A DNA stretch of 64,000 bases from Patescibacteria group bacterium (GCA_023229115.1 JALNZW010000005.1:23050-87049); one strand, 5' to 3'. Numbered from the stretch's first letter, positions 43,814-53,939 are shown. Notes: generated by a model from the sequence alone, not told the origin. Numbers and translations: made by a program.

Positions 43814-44088
43814 GGTGTCAACCCTGGATTCCAGCTTTCGCTGGAATGACAGTACGATTCAATTTTCAGGAGAGCAACCTGGATTCCAGCTTTCGCTGGA
43901 ATGACAGAAGGCTCAAGTTTAGCTGGGATGACAGAGGGTTCTAAATACCAACTTTCACTATAATAAAGGTGATCTAGACTCCAGCTTTCGCCACGTAAAA
44001 CGTGACTCGCTGGGATGACAGAATTAAAAAACCAATCCCAGGATCCAGTTTACTTACCCGCCCTAAACATGGCACCAGGATGACAGGG
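43814..44088 (-). repeat. Inverted-orientation array of the same hairpin repeat (two good copies and three degenerate or interrupted ones)
   Basis: ctggattccagctttcgctggaatgacag occurs at 43824-43852 and 43879-43907. A half copy sits at 43921-43939, a copy with an inserted mini-hairpin at 43975-44021, and a degenerate copy at 44034-44088. Confidence 0.8.
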
Positions 44089-44120
44089 AAAAAGAAAAAA
44101 CCCGCACTTGATTGTGCGGG
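44086..44120 (-). terminator. Rho-independent terminator of the T9SS-CTD gene
   Basis: On the minus strand: cccgcac-aatcaag-tgcggg followed by ttttttcttttt. Confidence 0.7.
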
Positions 44121-44139
44121 TTCGGCTTTTGTGAGGAGT

Positions 44140-45387
44140 TTATTTTTTAATAAACTTTTTAACTCCTCGGCCATCGGAGGTTTGAATTTTTAGCATATAC
44201 ATCCCCGTGGGTAAAGACGAAATGTCTAAATTTTCGGTGTTACTGTTAAAATTAAAATCCATTACCTGAGCTCCAATAACATTATAAACAGCCCCTTTGG
44301 CAGAATTAATTGGACTGTTTGGGAGTTGTAAATAAATGTTATCAGTAGCGGGATTGGGGTAAAGCTTAACTTCTGATGAAATATCATTAATGCCATCAAC
44401 TGAATTGGTAGAATCTGGTTTTATTTCATACATAATTCCTCCATAACAGGAAAGAAACAAGCGACCAGTTTCTTTTTCAAAAAAACCATCCATAACGCTT
44501 GTCACAGGATACTCTCCATAACCAGGATAAGAATCCATTAAATCAGTCGCTACACCCGTGCTAACTTTCAAATGTTTAATCCCCAGGTTACTGTAAATAA
44601 AAACATTATCATTGTCCTTGACAACAATATTCATGCCACCACAACCATCAAGGGTATAAATTTTATCCAATTGGGAGTCAGTATCGTTCCAACGATACAA
44701 ATAACCCTCGTCAGTTGGAATAAAAAAGGTTTCCAAATCAACGGAATGAATTTCTTTAGCCCATCCTTTATCTAGATCAAAAGATGCTATCTCCTGAATT
44801 GAGCTTCCATTATAACGAAAAAGTTTGTTTATAGCCATGTAATTACCTTCACCCCCCATGGAACCAAGAATTAAAACATTGTTTTCATTAATAACAAAGC
44901 AATGCTGGAAACCAACCTCATTGTTTATAGCCAGTTCTGTAAAATTACTTGAACCATCCCATAAATAAAGAGCGGAATTATCGTAAGTGCAAATATAAAT
45001 CTTATTTTCTGAATAAACAAATGTAGCACTAGGAGATTGTATTGGAGATGAATAAAAATCCCAAGCTTTATCATTATCATCCCAAAGATAAGATTTATAA
45101 GCAGTGCTAAAGCTGGCAAAAATTTCTCCACCAGTTTTAGTAAAAGCATGCATCTGACCCCACTGATTAGAGTTAGGAATTTGAACCCCGCCCCATTGAC
45201 TGCCATTGTAGTAAAGTCCTTCACCGGTGGTAAAAGCTAAAATTTCTTCACCGGAAACAAAAATGTTAGTAAATACACTTATCCCAGTTTCATGAATTTT
45301 ATCTAAATAAAATTCCTGGGAAAAAACAGTAAAGCTTAAGCTCATCAGCCCAAAAGCTAACAACAAAGTAATCATCAATTTTTTCAT
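44140..45387 (-). CDS. Secreted repeat (probable beta-propeller) protein with a T9SS/Por C-terminal sorting domain
   Basis: Signal peptide MKKLMITLLLAFGLMSLSFTVFSQ. Recurring L-[YF]-x-[WY]-[ND]-G blades. C-terminus VKLYPNPATDNIYLQL...LPTGMYMLKIQTSDGRGVKKFIKK matches the TIGR04183-type CTD pattern. GGAGGA SD 7 nt upstream. Confidence 0.8.
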   Translation of the reverse strand: MKKLMITLLLAFGLMSLSFTVFSQEFYLDKIHETGISVFTNIFVSGEEILAFTTGEGLYYNGSQWGGVQIPNSNQWGQMHAFTKTGGEIFASFSTAYKSYLWDDNDKAWDFYSSPIQSPSATFVYSENKIYICTYDNSALYLWDGSSNFTELAINNEVGFQHCFVINENNVLILGSMGGEGNYMAINKLFRYNGSSIQEIASFDLDKGWAKEIHSVDLETFFIPTDEGYLYRWNDTDSQLDKIYTLDGCGGMNIVVKDNDNVFIYSNLGIKHLKVSTGVATDLMDSYPGYGEYPVTSVMDGFFEKETGRLFLSCYGGIMYEIKPDSTNSVDGINDISSEVKLYPNPATDNIYLQLPNSPINSAKGAVYNVIGAQVMDFNFNSNTENLDISSLPTGMYMLKIQTSDGRGVKKFIKK

Positions 45388-45474
45388 TGTAGTTCCTCCT
45401 ATTTAGTTTAATTATTTTAAAGTTCAAAAATCTAATTATTATAACAAAAAAATCAAATAATGTCAATACTAAAT

Positions 45475-48400
45475 TTAATTACAAGTCGGCAAAGCACCTT
45501 TGATGTCGTCTTCATTGCATTTTCCCGGATTCAAATTATCACAAGCAACTGAAAAAGGATTTTCAAAATAAGCGGTAGTCTCTGGAGAAAACAAAGAACC
45601 ACAACAATATCTATAACAAGAATCGGAAATATTAGCAAAGACACCCATACCCGCACATTTAAAGAAATTCCAATTATCAATAACTTTAATAAGCACCATA
45701 TATTGTCCGGGAGACAAGAATTTAACCAAACGATGAGGGTTTGATTGATCCGGACGATGGTCAATATTACTTAAAACAATGCTGTTTTGACTCCAATCTT
45801 CATCTACTTTTTTTATTTTAATATACAACTTCTTGATTGGTCCTTGCTCACCATCAACAAAGGTATTGAAAGATAAAGTATAAAAACCACCAGCAACTAT
45901 ATTATAAACATTAGAAGGAACACCATCACCGTTATCAATTTGATTTATCGGTCCATTAGGCCCACTCATTTTAACATTTTCAATTTGAGGATAAATAGCA
46001 CAAAGAGCTTTATCATTTTCACGTGGAGGACAACCATCACCACAAGGATCAGCTGCATCCTTGAAAGGCGGAGAATTGCCGGCATCAGCTAGGTGTGAGT
46101 AATTAACATAATCAAACTTTGCAAAAATATTCTTTAAAGCCGTCACAACAGTCATTCCAGTGCCATAATTATCAGAATATCTTTGATTTGTGTGTACAGA
46201 AAAATCATTACTAAATTTAATTTTTCCGGTGTCAGTATCATAATAAAGAGACTCACAGGAATTTTTATAAGCAGCCCCTGAATTAGTATAAATAGCGTTA
46301 CCTAGACCAGAACAAGAATAAGGCAGACCATAAAGGGAGTCATCTCCTAGCTTATTAACATAAACATTAACATTATCTCCCGGTCTAACAGTTGAATTAA
46401 TAGCACCAAAAGGAGCATTCTTTGAACCTAAGGTATAGTAAGTAAAATAAAAAGGTAAAGAAGTGGCGTATTCTTTCAAATTATAAGATGAGGACTTTAA
46501 TCTCTCTACCCAAGGAACCTCACCTTGGATAATAACATTACACTTAGGAGTGTAATTTTCTGGATCCATCAAACAAGCACCGTTTCGAAGATCGCCTTCT
46601 CCACCAAAACCTGCTGTACATTTACTTAAAGGACAAGAATCATTTCCACTGCCTGTTGGAAAAAATTCTGTGTTATCACCATAAATGCCACTATCACACT
46701 CTCTTTCGGTTAAATTGTAAGCCAAAATTTTAAGACCATTTTTTATTTCTGGACTTTCCGGATTGCTAGAATTCATACTATGTATACCATCTGATTTATA
46801 CCAACCAGCACCAACACTTGGAACCAAGTGCTTGCTAGTATTAGAACACTCAAAATGATCATTACACCTAGCACCATTAGGAGTATAAGGGTCTAATGTC
46901 ACTGGATAAGAGCCATAAGCTGGGCCATCACAAGTGCCTCTGTTAGCATTTCGATTGGAAATTAAACTTTGACTATGAATAGAATTTCCAACCACAGATA
47001 TTATTCTATTATTTAAAAGATCACTCCTTGGTTCCATCCACTGAAAAGAAACCCAAGCACATCGTTCCCAGGAACAAGCTATATTACCACCATCAGGATA
47101 ATCAAAATCATCTATACAATCTCTAACATCACTCCTAGTAACACCGCTAGTTGTGCTACTATATTTGCCTTTACTTTCATAAACATTATAGTTTATATCG
47201 GGATAATTAACTACACTACTATTAGCTATAGAAATAAATTTTCTATTATAAGTTGAATTATCACAACTGTCATTGCAAGAATACCAATGCCTTGAGTGAT
47301 AACCAATATCATCATCCTCTTGATCAGCAAAAAACACATCTCTATACTCAACTAAATCAAATTTAGCATTCATGCTAGCACAATAAGAAGGACTGCTTCC
47401 AGTTGAGGGATAACCAGAAAAATTAGTAGACAAAGTGTCATTACTACTACCAACAACCGAATCAACTGGATACCACATCAAACAAACATTTTCATTTAAA
47501 GGATCTTTCTCTAAACAATAACCCTCCCAACCCTGCTCAACAAAACTATAACCTTTAGTATCACTAGAACAAGAAATACTATCTTGCTTAGGGTATAGCC
47601 TACAAGAAGCTGGGATATAATTTTCTTCACCTGCTTCTAAGACAGGCTCAATGTTAATATCATCTACATACATCCAACCATTGACACCGCTGTCTGATGG
47701 CCCTAAAACTATTTTTGACCCACCGACCCAAGAAGAATCAGTTCTAAATTTAAAGGTAACTCTCTGCCAATCTTTTTTACTAACATCAACCATCAAATCT
47801 ACAGAATTCAAATCTGTCTCTTCATCATTTAAATCAAGTCCTACAATCTTTCCTAAAGATATCTTGTCTGTATCTTGTTGAGGATAACTTAAATTAGCTG
47901 TATTTATTAAAAAATTAATAAAATAATCTGTTTGAATTGAAGTTGGAATTTCATTAGACTTAAAATTCCATTCACAAGAATTACCACCAATTCTAATAAA
48001 ACCAAAATTAGAAGGGGAAGGATAAACGGGACGACCTGGCGTAGCCTCTTCACTAAGAGTGTCAGCAGACTTTAAAATAAGACAGCTATTATTAATACTA
48101 GATCCAGAGCTTTCCCAAGAAATTAAATCTGGTGAATTTTCAAAATCATTTTCAAACACAGAAGAATTCCCCCTTTGAATCATGGCATCAAAATAATAAT
48201 GGTTAAGAAGTGAATAACCGCTGACATTAGCATCCTTTGCAGAATCAAAACCTCTATTACCAGGAATTGATTTTGAAAAATTCAAACAATTACCACTAGA
48301 ATCCATGGAAGTACATTGACCTATTTGTAAACAAACATTTTTATCGTTTCCTTTTTCATCTTTTTCAGTAGTGTAAGAATAACAAGACAACCATTTACCA

Positions 48401-51400
48401 CAAACCCTGTCTGGGCTAACTTTAATAATTTTATTAGCATCTTTATAGTCACTATCCTTAGAAGGATTATATTTATCATAATTACTAGAGTCATAAGTCA
48501 ATCCACTATAGTTAGGGTAATCACCAAGAACAGTCCTTTCGTTAAACAAAATACAACCCCTATTAAACTCTGGGAAGTTACAAGTAGAAAAGTCTAGGTT
48601 ATTTTTTATCTTATAGTCAACAATCAACTCTCTCCACTCTAAAGAAATGTCATTAATTCTAGTTGTTGGACTTATTTCAATTACCAACTCACAGTCATTT
48701 GACAAATTGTTAGCTGAGTAAAAAATAAACTTAGAAGCATAAATAGGAGAATATTGCGCTAATGGCTGAATGTTATAAAAAGAAGAGCCTGGAATAAAAT
48801 TTAAAATATTAGCTGAATTTAACTCATAAAAAGGATTCTCACATTTAACTCTTAGACTTCTTATGTTCTTATACTCCACAGAATAAAGCTTATTTGGCTC
48901 TAGGAAATAATTTGATTGTTTAAAATAATAAGACGAACTTGTTTGAGTGCAAGATATTTGATCATTATTATTAACTGAACATTGCTGACCAGGTACATTG
49001 GTTTTACCATTAGCTGCTACTGGTGACCAACCATCAAAATAAACACCATCGTCATCAATATCAGAAAAATTAGAATTAGAAATTAAATTAGGATTAAAAG
49101 AACTTTCTGGATCTATATATTCAGTACAACTAGAATCTTTTAAAGGACAAAGACCAGACCAATTAACACTACCAGTTTGGTGATTAGGCAGACCGACAGT
49201 TTGGTAATAAGGTTGACTAACCAATGCTCCTTCGTTTCCAATAGTTTTTATAATACCATAATTAGAATCAACCGAGCACAGATAATTAGTTTCGTCCAAC
49301 TTACAAACCCTTCCATTTAAACAATCAGAATCAGAATTACAAGGATCTGGCAAAGAACTAATTGGCATATCAGCCTCAAAAATTTGATTAGGCAGCAAAC
49401 ATCTTTTTACTTTTTTAACATACCATTTATTATCTACAAGCTGACAAACGTTATCCATTGGATCTTTAAAATAGCTATCTCCAGCTGAAGATGACCAAGA
49501 ATCACAGCCAATAGCCTCTTCAGCGCAAAGTATACCCTGGTCGTATTTATCAGGATTATTTTTAAGATAAATATTTTGATAAACATAACTGGAAGAAAGA
49601 GAGTAAACATTGGAAACGGCCTTCCCCAAAAGAGAACATCCCTTATCAGCTGCATTACAAATTTTGGCATTATCATAAACAACCAAAGAAAAATTATCTC
49701 TCGGAATTTGAACACAATCTTTAGAATCAACAGGACAAGACTTTAAATCATTTCCCAAGTTTCCTGACAAGAAAAGATTACTTTCTTTAGGGGTGGAATT
49801 GTGAGTATCAATCATCAGTTCACAGCCAACGGCCGATTCATCACACAATTTGGTAAACTGCCTTAAATAATGTTTGTTATTAGAACGATCTAAATAAGCC
49901 GAGCAACCCAAATTGTAATTTGCACCCTGATATTTGGAAGTTTGATCGTAGTAACAAATATTAGGAGTTTTCCAAGAGTTTTTAATTAAATAATACCTGT
50001 TGGCTGACTCAGATAAAATTAAATCATCAATATAAACAATGTTAGTGCTAGTATTTTTGATAACAATTTTTTCACCAGAATCGATATCATGATTTAATTC
50101 GTCTAAGGAAATTCTGTAAACCTGCCAAGCAGAACCTTTTATAGAAATATTATTAACACTCTCTCCATTTACAGGACTTATAGTTTTAAAGTTAGATATA
50201 TCACCCTTTGAATTTATAAAATAAATTTCCAAATCAGAACTAATGTCAATATTCTTGTCAGTATTCTTGCCATGATTTCTGGCCAAGAAACTTAACAAGT
50301 ACGGCCTTCCTTTTACTAATCCAGAAATAGACCTATTAGACTCAGATGATGGATTTATTCTCATTGATCTTCCATTGTTGCTTAGGGAGGTTTCAGAGCT
50401 TACTCCACCTTGCCAGCCGGAGACATCTTGTTCAAAATCATATGAAGTAACAATCCTAACATTGCTAGCTGTATTTCCTCCATATTCACGACAATAATTT
50501 TCAGAAGAGGAACAGGATTTTCCCTCGCCAGGAATAGCTTTATAGACACAAGCTTGCTGTCCTTCATCCCAAATTCCACCATTTAAACAATGAAAACAAA
50601 CAAAGCCATCAACAGAGTCACTAATCTCATAATCATCTACGGTAGCAGTCGCCCACTTAGCAACAACCTTGCCACTAGCATTTAGATTAGAGCATTCAGT
50701 GGCTTCAGTAATATCTTTGTTTATATTTCTCTCCGTCATTCTATAAAGCGTACATTTATCAGAACAAGTTATAGTTTTTGAATATAAAACATAAAAAATA
50801 TCACCTGCCTGATTATACATTTCTCTACAATCTGAACTGTATCTAGGATTAGAGGGGTTTAATTTTATTATTTCACTACTACAAACATCGACTCCGCCAA
50901 TTATATGCTTATAAGAACCACCATCAGAAAATAAATTTCCTTCAGTTAAAGAGGGTTGGGAATTCTTAATTGACAAATTAAACGATCTTAATTGATATCC
51001 GCTTTCATCATTTCCCTCCCAAGAATAAAAACTAGAACAAGTTCCTTCATTTGGTTTTATACATTGTCTTAGATAAGAATAATATTCGACTCTCTCTCCT
51101 CCACTAGATAAGTCTTCTAAGTTTGTAAACTCTGTACAACCAGCACTATTGGCTGAACATTTTTTAGCTGTAGTTGGTATAAGTCTGTGCGGCGAATCAC
51201 TTTCAAATATGGTAGATTTTTGGATATAAACATTGTAACCATCACACTCAGCTGGACAATAATCTTTGTCCATAGCTTTGGCTGGAATATTTCTACCATC
51301 AGCCATCTTAAATAAATCACAACCAAGTTCATTAAAATTACAAAGTCGAGCATAACGATAACATTCGGCTGGAGCATTAGATTTTAAAGTAAAATTAGGG

Positions 51401-53916
51401 TTAGTGGTAGAATAAGGATCTGTATAACAAGCTTCTTTTAAATAATCTGGAATTGTTTTAATATAAACCAAGCCATCACCTCTATAATCAGAATAAAAAG
51501 TACCAACAGCACCTTTCTCTAATTTTAGTTGATCAAAAGAACACTGAGCATTGGAGCCAACATTTATTTTGAAAACAACATCAGAACCAATTTGACTATC
51601 AGAATAAGAATAGGAAACACTTTGATAAGAAAAATCATTAGAAGGAGGAATTGTTTTATAATCAGCGACAGACATATCAGCTATAGAAGCGGTTGAAGTG
51701 GCTGTACACTTAGCATAAAAAGAAAGAGTAAAGGTCTCTCCTTTTAAAAAGTTATTATCTGGACCAATTGAGGCTAGTCCACTTAAAACATCACCACTTT
51801 CCAATACCAAACCACGACTACCATCATAACCAACACTATCTTTAATTTTCCCCTCACTAAAATAAGACTCCCAACCTTCATCAGATTCAAAATTTCCATT
51901 TGTTATAAAATTATGACCAAAACCAGATTTAGTTCTAATAAATTCATTACATCCCTCAGAACCAGATGAACAATTTTCTGCCTTTCTGTTTAAGTTTATT
52001 AGATTGTCAGAATTCCAAAAAACCTTAGCATTCTTAATATCATAAGAACCAAAGGTAGAGTATATACTACAACCAGCATTACTAGCATCACAAGGACTAT
52101 ATTGAATAGTATTTTTAAGTAAAGCTAATTTTTTACCAGAATAATTTTTAAAAGACTCACAAGTATTAAAAACAGCTGGACAAGAATCACTATTAAAATT
52201 CCAAGTTCTTTTTTCCTCAGTACAGTATCCATAAAATTGACAAGACCCGTCTCCAGCCTCTTTAACGCAAGATCTCTCATCGGCACAATAAGAATCACTT
52301 CTAACCACAAGTATTTCTTCACTGCCTTCACTTATAATATTACCATCACCATCTTTGGTTTCTGGTGTAGAAATAGTCTGAGTTGATAAAATATGTCCAC
52401 CATAACCCTGACGAGCACAATAATTCATTGGAGCTTTTAATACCCAGTGAGGGTCAACCAAGCCACGGCACCAAGTCATTTCACTTGCATTATTTGGATC
52501 ATGCGGAAAGTTTTTACTGAATTGATTATATTCATCATCATCACTAAAACAAGAAAGCATATCCATAATAGTGTATTGACCAGAATTAGATTTTTGAAGA
52601 GGTGTAATTCTATTTAAAGCCTCTTCCCAAGCTATAGGCACTATGCGAAATTTTCTTAAAATCATTAAGGACCTCCTGTTTAAGGTTCTTTGATAATCAC
52701 CTTTTTCTGAAAAAAGTAAACCAGCTGAAATCGAACCACCTTCAATAGCTTCTATTAAGGTGTTTTTATTTTCAATTGCCCTACCAAAAGACTGACCAAT
52801 AACACAATTATTTGGACCACTGTAATTATTTTCACTATTACAAATCATTAACTCTGCTAAAATACTATAATCAGTTTTTTCCGTAAATTTTGGAGTTAAA
52901 ACTTTCTTTAAAGTTTCTGACAACCCTGCTCTTGTATATAAGGAAGATGGGTCAACTTCAGAAGAAGCTACATCAGAATAACCAAATGGACTAGTTACCT
53001 CATCTTCACCAAACCAACTATAAGAACCTTCAGAATAAGATTTCAAAAGCGAATTAATTGTCGACAACAAAAGTTGATTAGAAAAAATATTAACAGCATC
53101 AACAAAAATATCACCAGTGGTTTGACCAAAGGTTTTAGTGGCCAAATCTCTAGTTTGATCTACCTCCCCTTCTATAGCCCCTGGGACAGATTCTTGTTTA
53201 CCACCAATACTTCGAACATCCAACCAGCCTTTATTAAACGTTAGTTGAGTTTCCACTTTTTCTTTTTCCTCATTTCCTTTTTCTAAAATTTTATCCAACA
53301 AACTCATAGTTATGCCAATGTCACTGGCAGCTGGATCAATTGAAGCAACAATCTGGTCTAAAAATTTTTTAGGATCTTTTGCATAAGACTCCCATCTATC
53401 AAATTCACTTTTCCAACCATCTTTCATTTGTTGCCAACCACAACTAGGCTCAACTGGTCGATAATTATGAGTTAAACCAAGACCAATTTTAGTTTTAATA
53501 TTTATATTAGGCTCACAAAAATTAAAATCCCACTCTTCACCTAAAAGATCTAAAGCCTCTCCAATAGCTGCATCTCTAATATTATCACCATATTTTGTCC
53601 AATAATCAGTTTCCCAGGTTGGCTTTTGACCACCTATTCCTGTTCCTAAATAAACAGCCCCATCATAAGCCAAGGTAAATAAAGAAGATTTTAAAGCTGA
53701 CTGAAACATGTTAGCACCCATTTTAACCAAAAATTTATCTTTATTTTTTTCTACCCAATCAGTAACCTTTCTAACAACAGCCACTGGACCACCTATTATA
53801 TCAGAAAAAGCCTGAGCCTTAGTTGGAAAAAAAGAAAAACTAAACACAAAAGAAAATAATAAAAAAAACAAAACGCCTTTCTTGAACTTCGACTGAGTAG
53901 AATTATTGTTAGTCAT
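45475..53916 (-). CDS. Giant (2813 aa) secreted Cys-rich modular protein
   Basis: Single uninterrupted ORF. Signal peptide ...FFPTKAQA. At least nine C-x5-(G)C-x-[EDSL]-[FYLMW] motifs. Four N-x-x-F-E/S...W module starts (NGNFESDEGW, YDFEQDVSGW, NSNFSDIDDDGVYFDGW, FENDFENSPDLISW). Confidence 0.85.
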   Translation of the reverse strand: MTNNNSTQSKFKKGVLFFLLFSFVFSFSFFPTKAQAFSDIIGGPVAVVRKVTDWVEKNKDKFLVKMGANMFQSALKSSLFTLAYDGAVYLGTGIGGQKPTWETDYWTKYGDNIRDAAIGEALDLLGEEWDFNFCEPNINIKTKIGLGLTHNYRPVEPSCGWQQMKDGWKSEFDRWESYAKDPKKFLDQIVASIDPAASDIGITMSLLDKILEKGNEEKEKVETQLTFNKGWLDVRSIGGKQESVPGAIEGEVDQTRDLATKTFGQTTGDIFVDAVNIFSNQLLLSTINSLLKSYSEGSYSWFGEDEVTSPFGYSDVASSEVDPSSLYTRAGLSETLKKVLTPKFTEKTDYSILAELMICNSENNYSGPNNCVIGQSFGRAIENKNTLIEAIEGGSISAGLLFSEKGDYQRTLNRRSLMILRKFRIVPIAWEEALNRITPLQKSNSGQYTIMDMLSCFSDDDEYNQFSKNFPHDPNNASEMTWCRGLVDPHWVLKAPMNYCARQGYGGHILSTQTISTPETKDGDGNIISEGSEEILVVRSDSYCADERSCVKEAGDGSCQFYGYCTEEKRTWNFNSDSCPAVFNTCESFKNYSGKKLALLKNTIQYSPCDASNAGCSIYSTFGSYDIKNAKVFWNSDNLINLNRKAENCSSGSEGCNEFIRTKSGFGHNFITNGNFESDEGWESYFSEGKIKDSVGYDGSRGLVLESGDVLSGLASIGPDNNFLKGETFTLSFYAKCTATSTASIADMSVADYKTIPPSNDFSYQSVSYSYSDSQIGSDVVFKINVGSNAQCSFDQLKLEKGAVGTFYSDYRGDGLVYIKTIPDYLKEACYTDPYSTTNPNFTLKSNAPAECYRYARLCNFNELGCDLFKMADGRNIPAKAMDKDYCPAECDGYNVYIQKSTIFESDSPHRLIPTTAKKCSANSAGCTEFTNLEDLSSGGERVEYYSYLRQCIKPNEGTCSSFYSWEGNDESGYQLRSFNLSIKNSQPSLTEGNLFSDGGSYKHIIGGVDVCSSEIIKLNPSNPRYSSDCREMYNQAGDIFYVLYSKTITCSDKCTLYRMTERNINKDITEATECSNLNASGKVVAKWATATVDDYEISDSVDGFVCFHCLNGGIWDEGQQACVYKAIPGEGKSCSSSENYCREYGGNTASNVRIVTSYDFEQDVSGWQGGVSSETSLSNNGRSMRINPSSESNRSISGLVKGRPYLLSFLARNHGKNTDKNIDISSDLEIYFINSKGDISNFKTISPVNGESVNNISIKGSAWQVYRISLDELNHDIDSGEKIVIKNTSTNIVYIDDLILSESANRYYLIKNSWKTPNICYYDQTSKYQGANYNLGCSAYLDRSNNKHYLRQFTKLCDESAVGCELMIDTHNSTPKESNLFLSGNLGNDLKSCPVDSKDCVQIPRDNFSLVVYDNAKICNAADKGCSLLGKAVSNVYSLSSSYVYQNIYLKNNPDKYDQGILCAEEAIGCDSWSSSAGDSYFKDPMDNVCQLVDNKWYVKKVKRCLLPNQIFEADMPISSLPDPCNSDSDCLNGRVCKLDETNYLCSVDSNYGIIKTIGNEGALVSQPYYQTVGLPNHQTGSVNWSGLCPLKDSSCTEYIDPESSFNPNLISNSNFSDIDDDGVYFDGWSPVAANGKTNVPGQQCSVNNNDQISCTQTSSSYYFKQSNYFLEPNKLYSVEYKNIRSLRVKCENPFYELNSANILNFIPGSSFYNIQPLAQYSPIYASKFIFYSANNLSNDCELVIEISPTTRINDISLEWRELIVDYKIKNNLDFSTCNFPEFNRGCILFNERTVLGDYPNYSGLTYDSSNYDKYNPSKDSDYKDANKIIKVSPDRVCGKWLSCYSYTTEKDEKGNDKNVCLQIGQCTSMDSSGNCLNFSKSIPGNRGFDSAKDANVSGYSLLNHYYFDAMIQRGNSSVFENDFENSPDLISWESSGSSINNSCLILKSADTLSEEATPGRPVYPSPSNFGFIRIGGNSCEWNFKSNEIPTSIQTDYFINFLINTANLSYPQQDTDKISLGKIVGLDLNDEETDLNSVDLMVDVSKKDWQRVTFKFRTDSSWVGGSKIVLGPSDSGVNGWMYVDDINIEPVLEAGEENYIPASCRLYPKQDSISCSSDTKGYSFVEQGWEGYCLEKDPLNENVCLMWYPVDSVVGSSNDTLSTNFSGYPSTGSSPSYCASMNAKFDLVEYRDVFFADQEDDDIGYHSRHWYSCNDSCDNSTYNRKFISIANSSVVNYPDINYNVYESKGKYSSTTSGVTRSDVRDCIDDFDYPDGGNIACSWERCAWVSFQWMEPRSDLLNNRIISVVGNSIHSQSLISNRNANRGTCDGPAYGSYPVTLDPYTPNGARCNDHFECSNTSKHLVPSVGAGWYKSDGIHSMNSSNPESPEIKNGLKILAYNLTERECDSGIYGDNTEFFPTGSGNDSCPLSKCTAGFGGEGDLRNGACLMDPENYTPKCNVIIQGEVPWVERLKSSSYNLKEYATSLPFYFTYYTLGSKNAPFGAINSTVRPGDNVNVYVNKLGDDSLYGLPYSCSGLGNAIYTNSGAAYKNSCESLYYDTDTGKIKFSNDFSVHTNQRYSDNYGTGMTVVTALKNIFAKFDYVNYSHLADAGNSPPFKDAADPCGDGCPPRENDKALCAIYPQIENVKMSGPNGPINQIDNGDGVPSNVYNIVAGGFYTLSFNTFVDGEQGPIKKLYIKIKKVDEDWSQNSIVLSNIDHRPDQSNPHRLVKFLSPGQYMVLIKVIDNWNFFKCAGMGVFANISDSCYRYCCGSLFSPETTAYFENPFSVACDNLNPGKCNEDDIKGALPTCN

Positions 53917-53939
53917 AATAATATTTATAAACTTTTAAT

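Noticed and set aside
43324-44088. Possibility that the 41-nt repeats form a CRISPR array
   Set aside because: Units abut each other with no unique spacers. The downstream copies are inverted and irregularly spaced, and no cas genes are nearby.
43974-44193. ORFs 43974..44174 (-) and 44002..44193 (+)
   Set aside because: They cover decayed repeat copies and the terminator of the T9SS-CTD gene, with no coding-like composition.
45531-52331. Multiple 60-100-aa ORFs nested in other frames of the giant gene
   Set aside because: They are all contained within a single continuous 8.4-kb ORF with coherent protein features, so they are frame artefacts.
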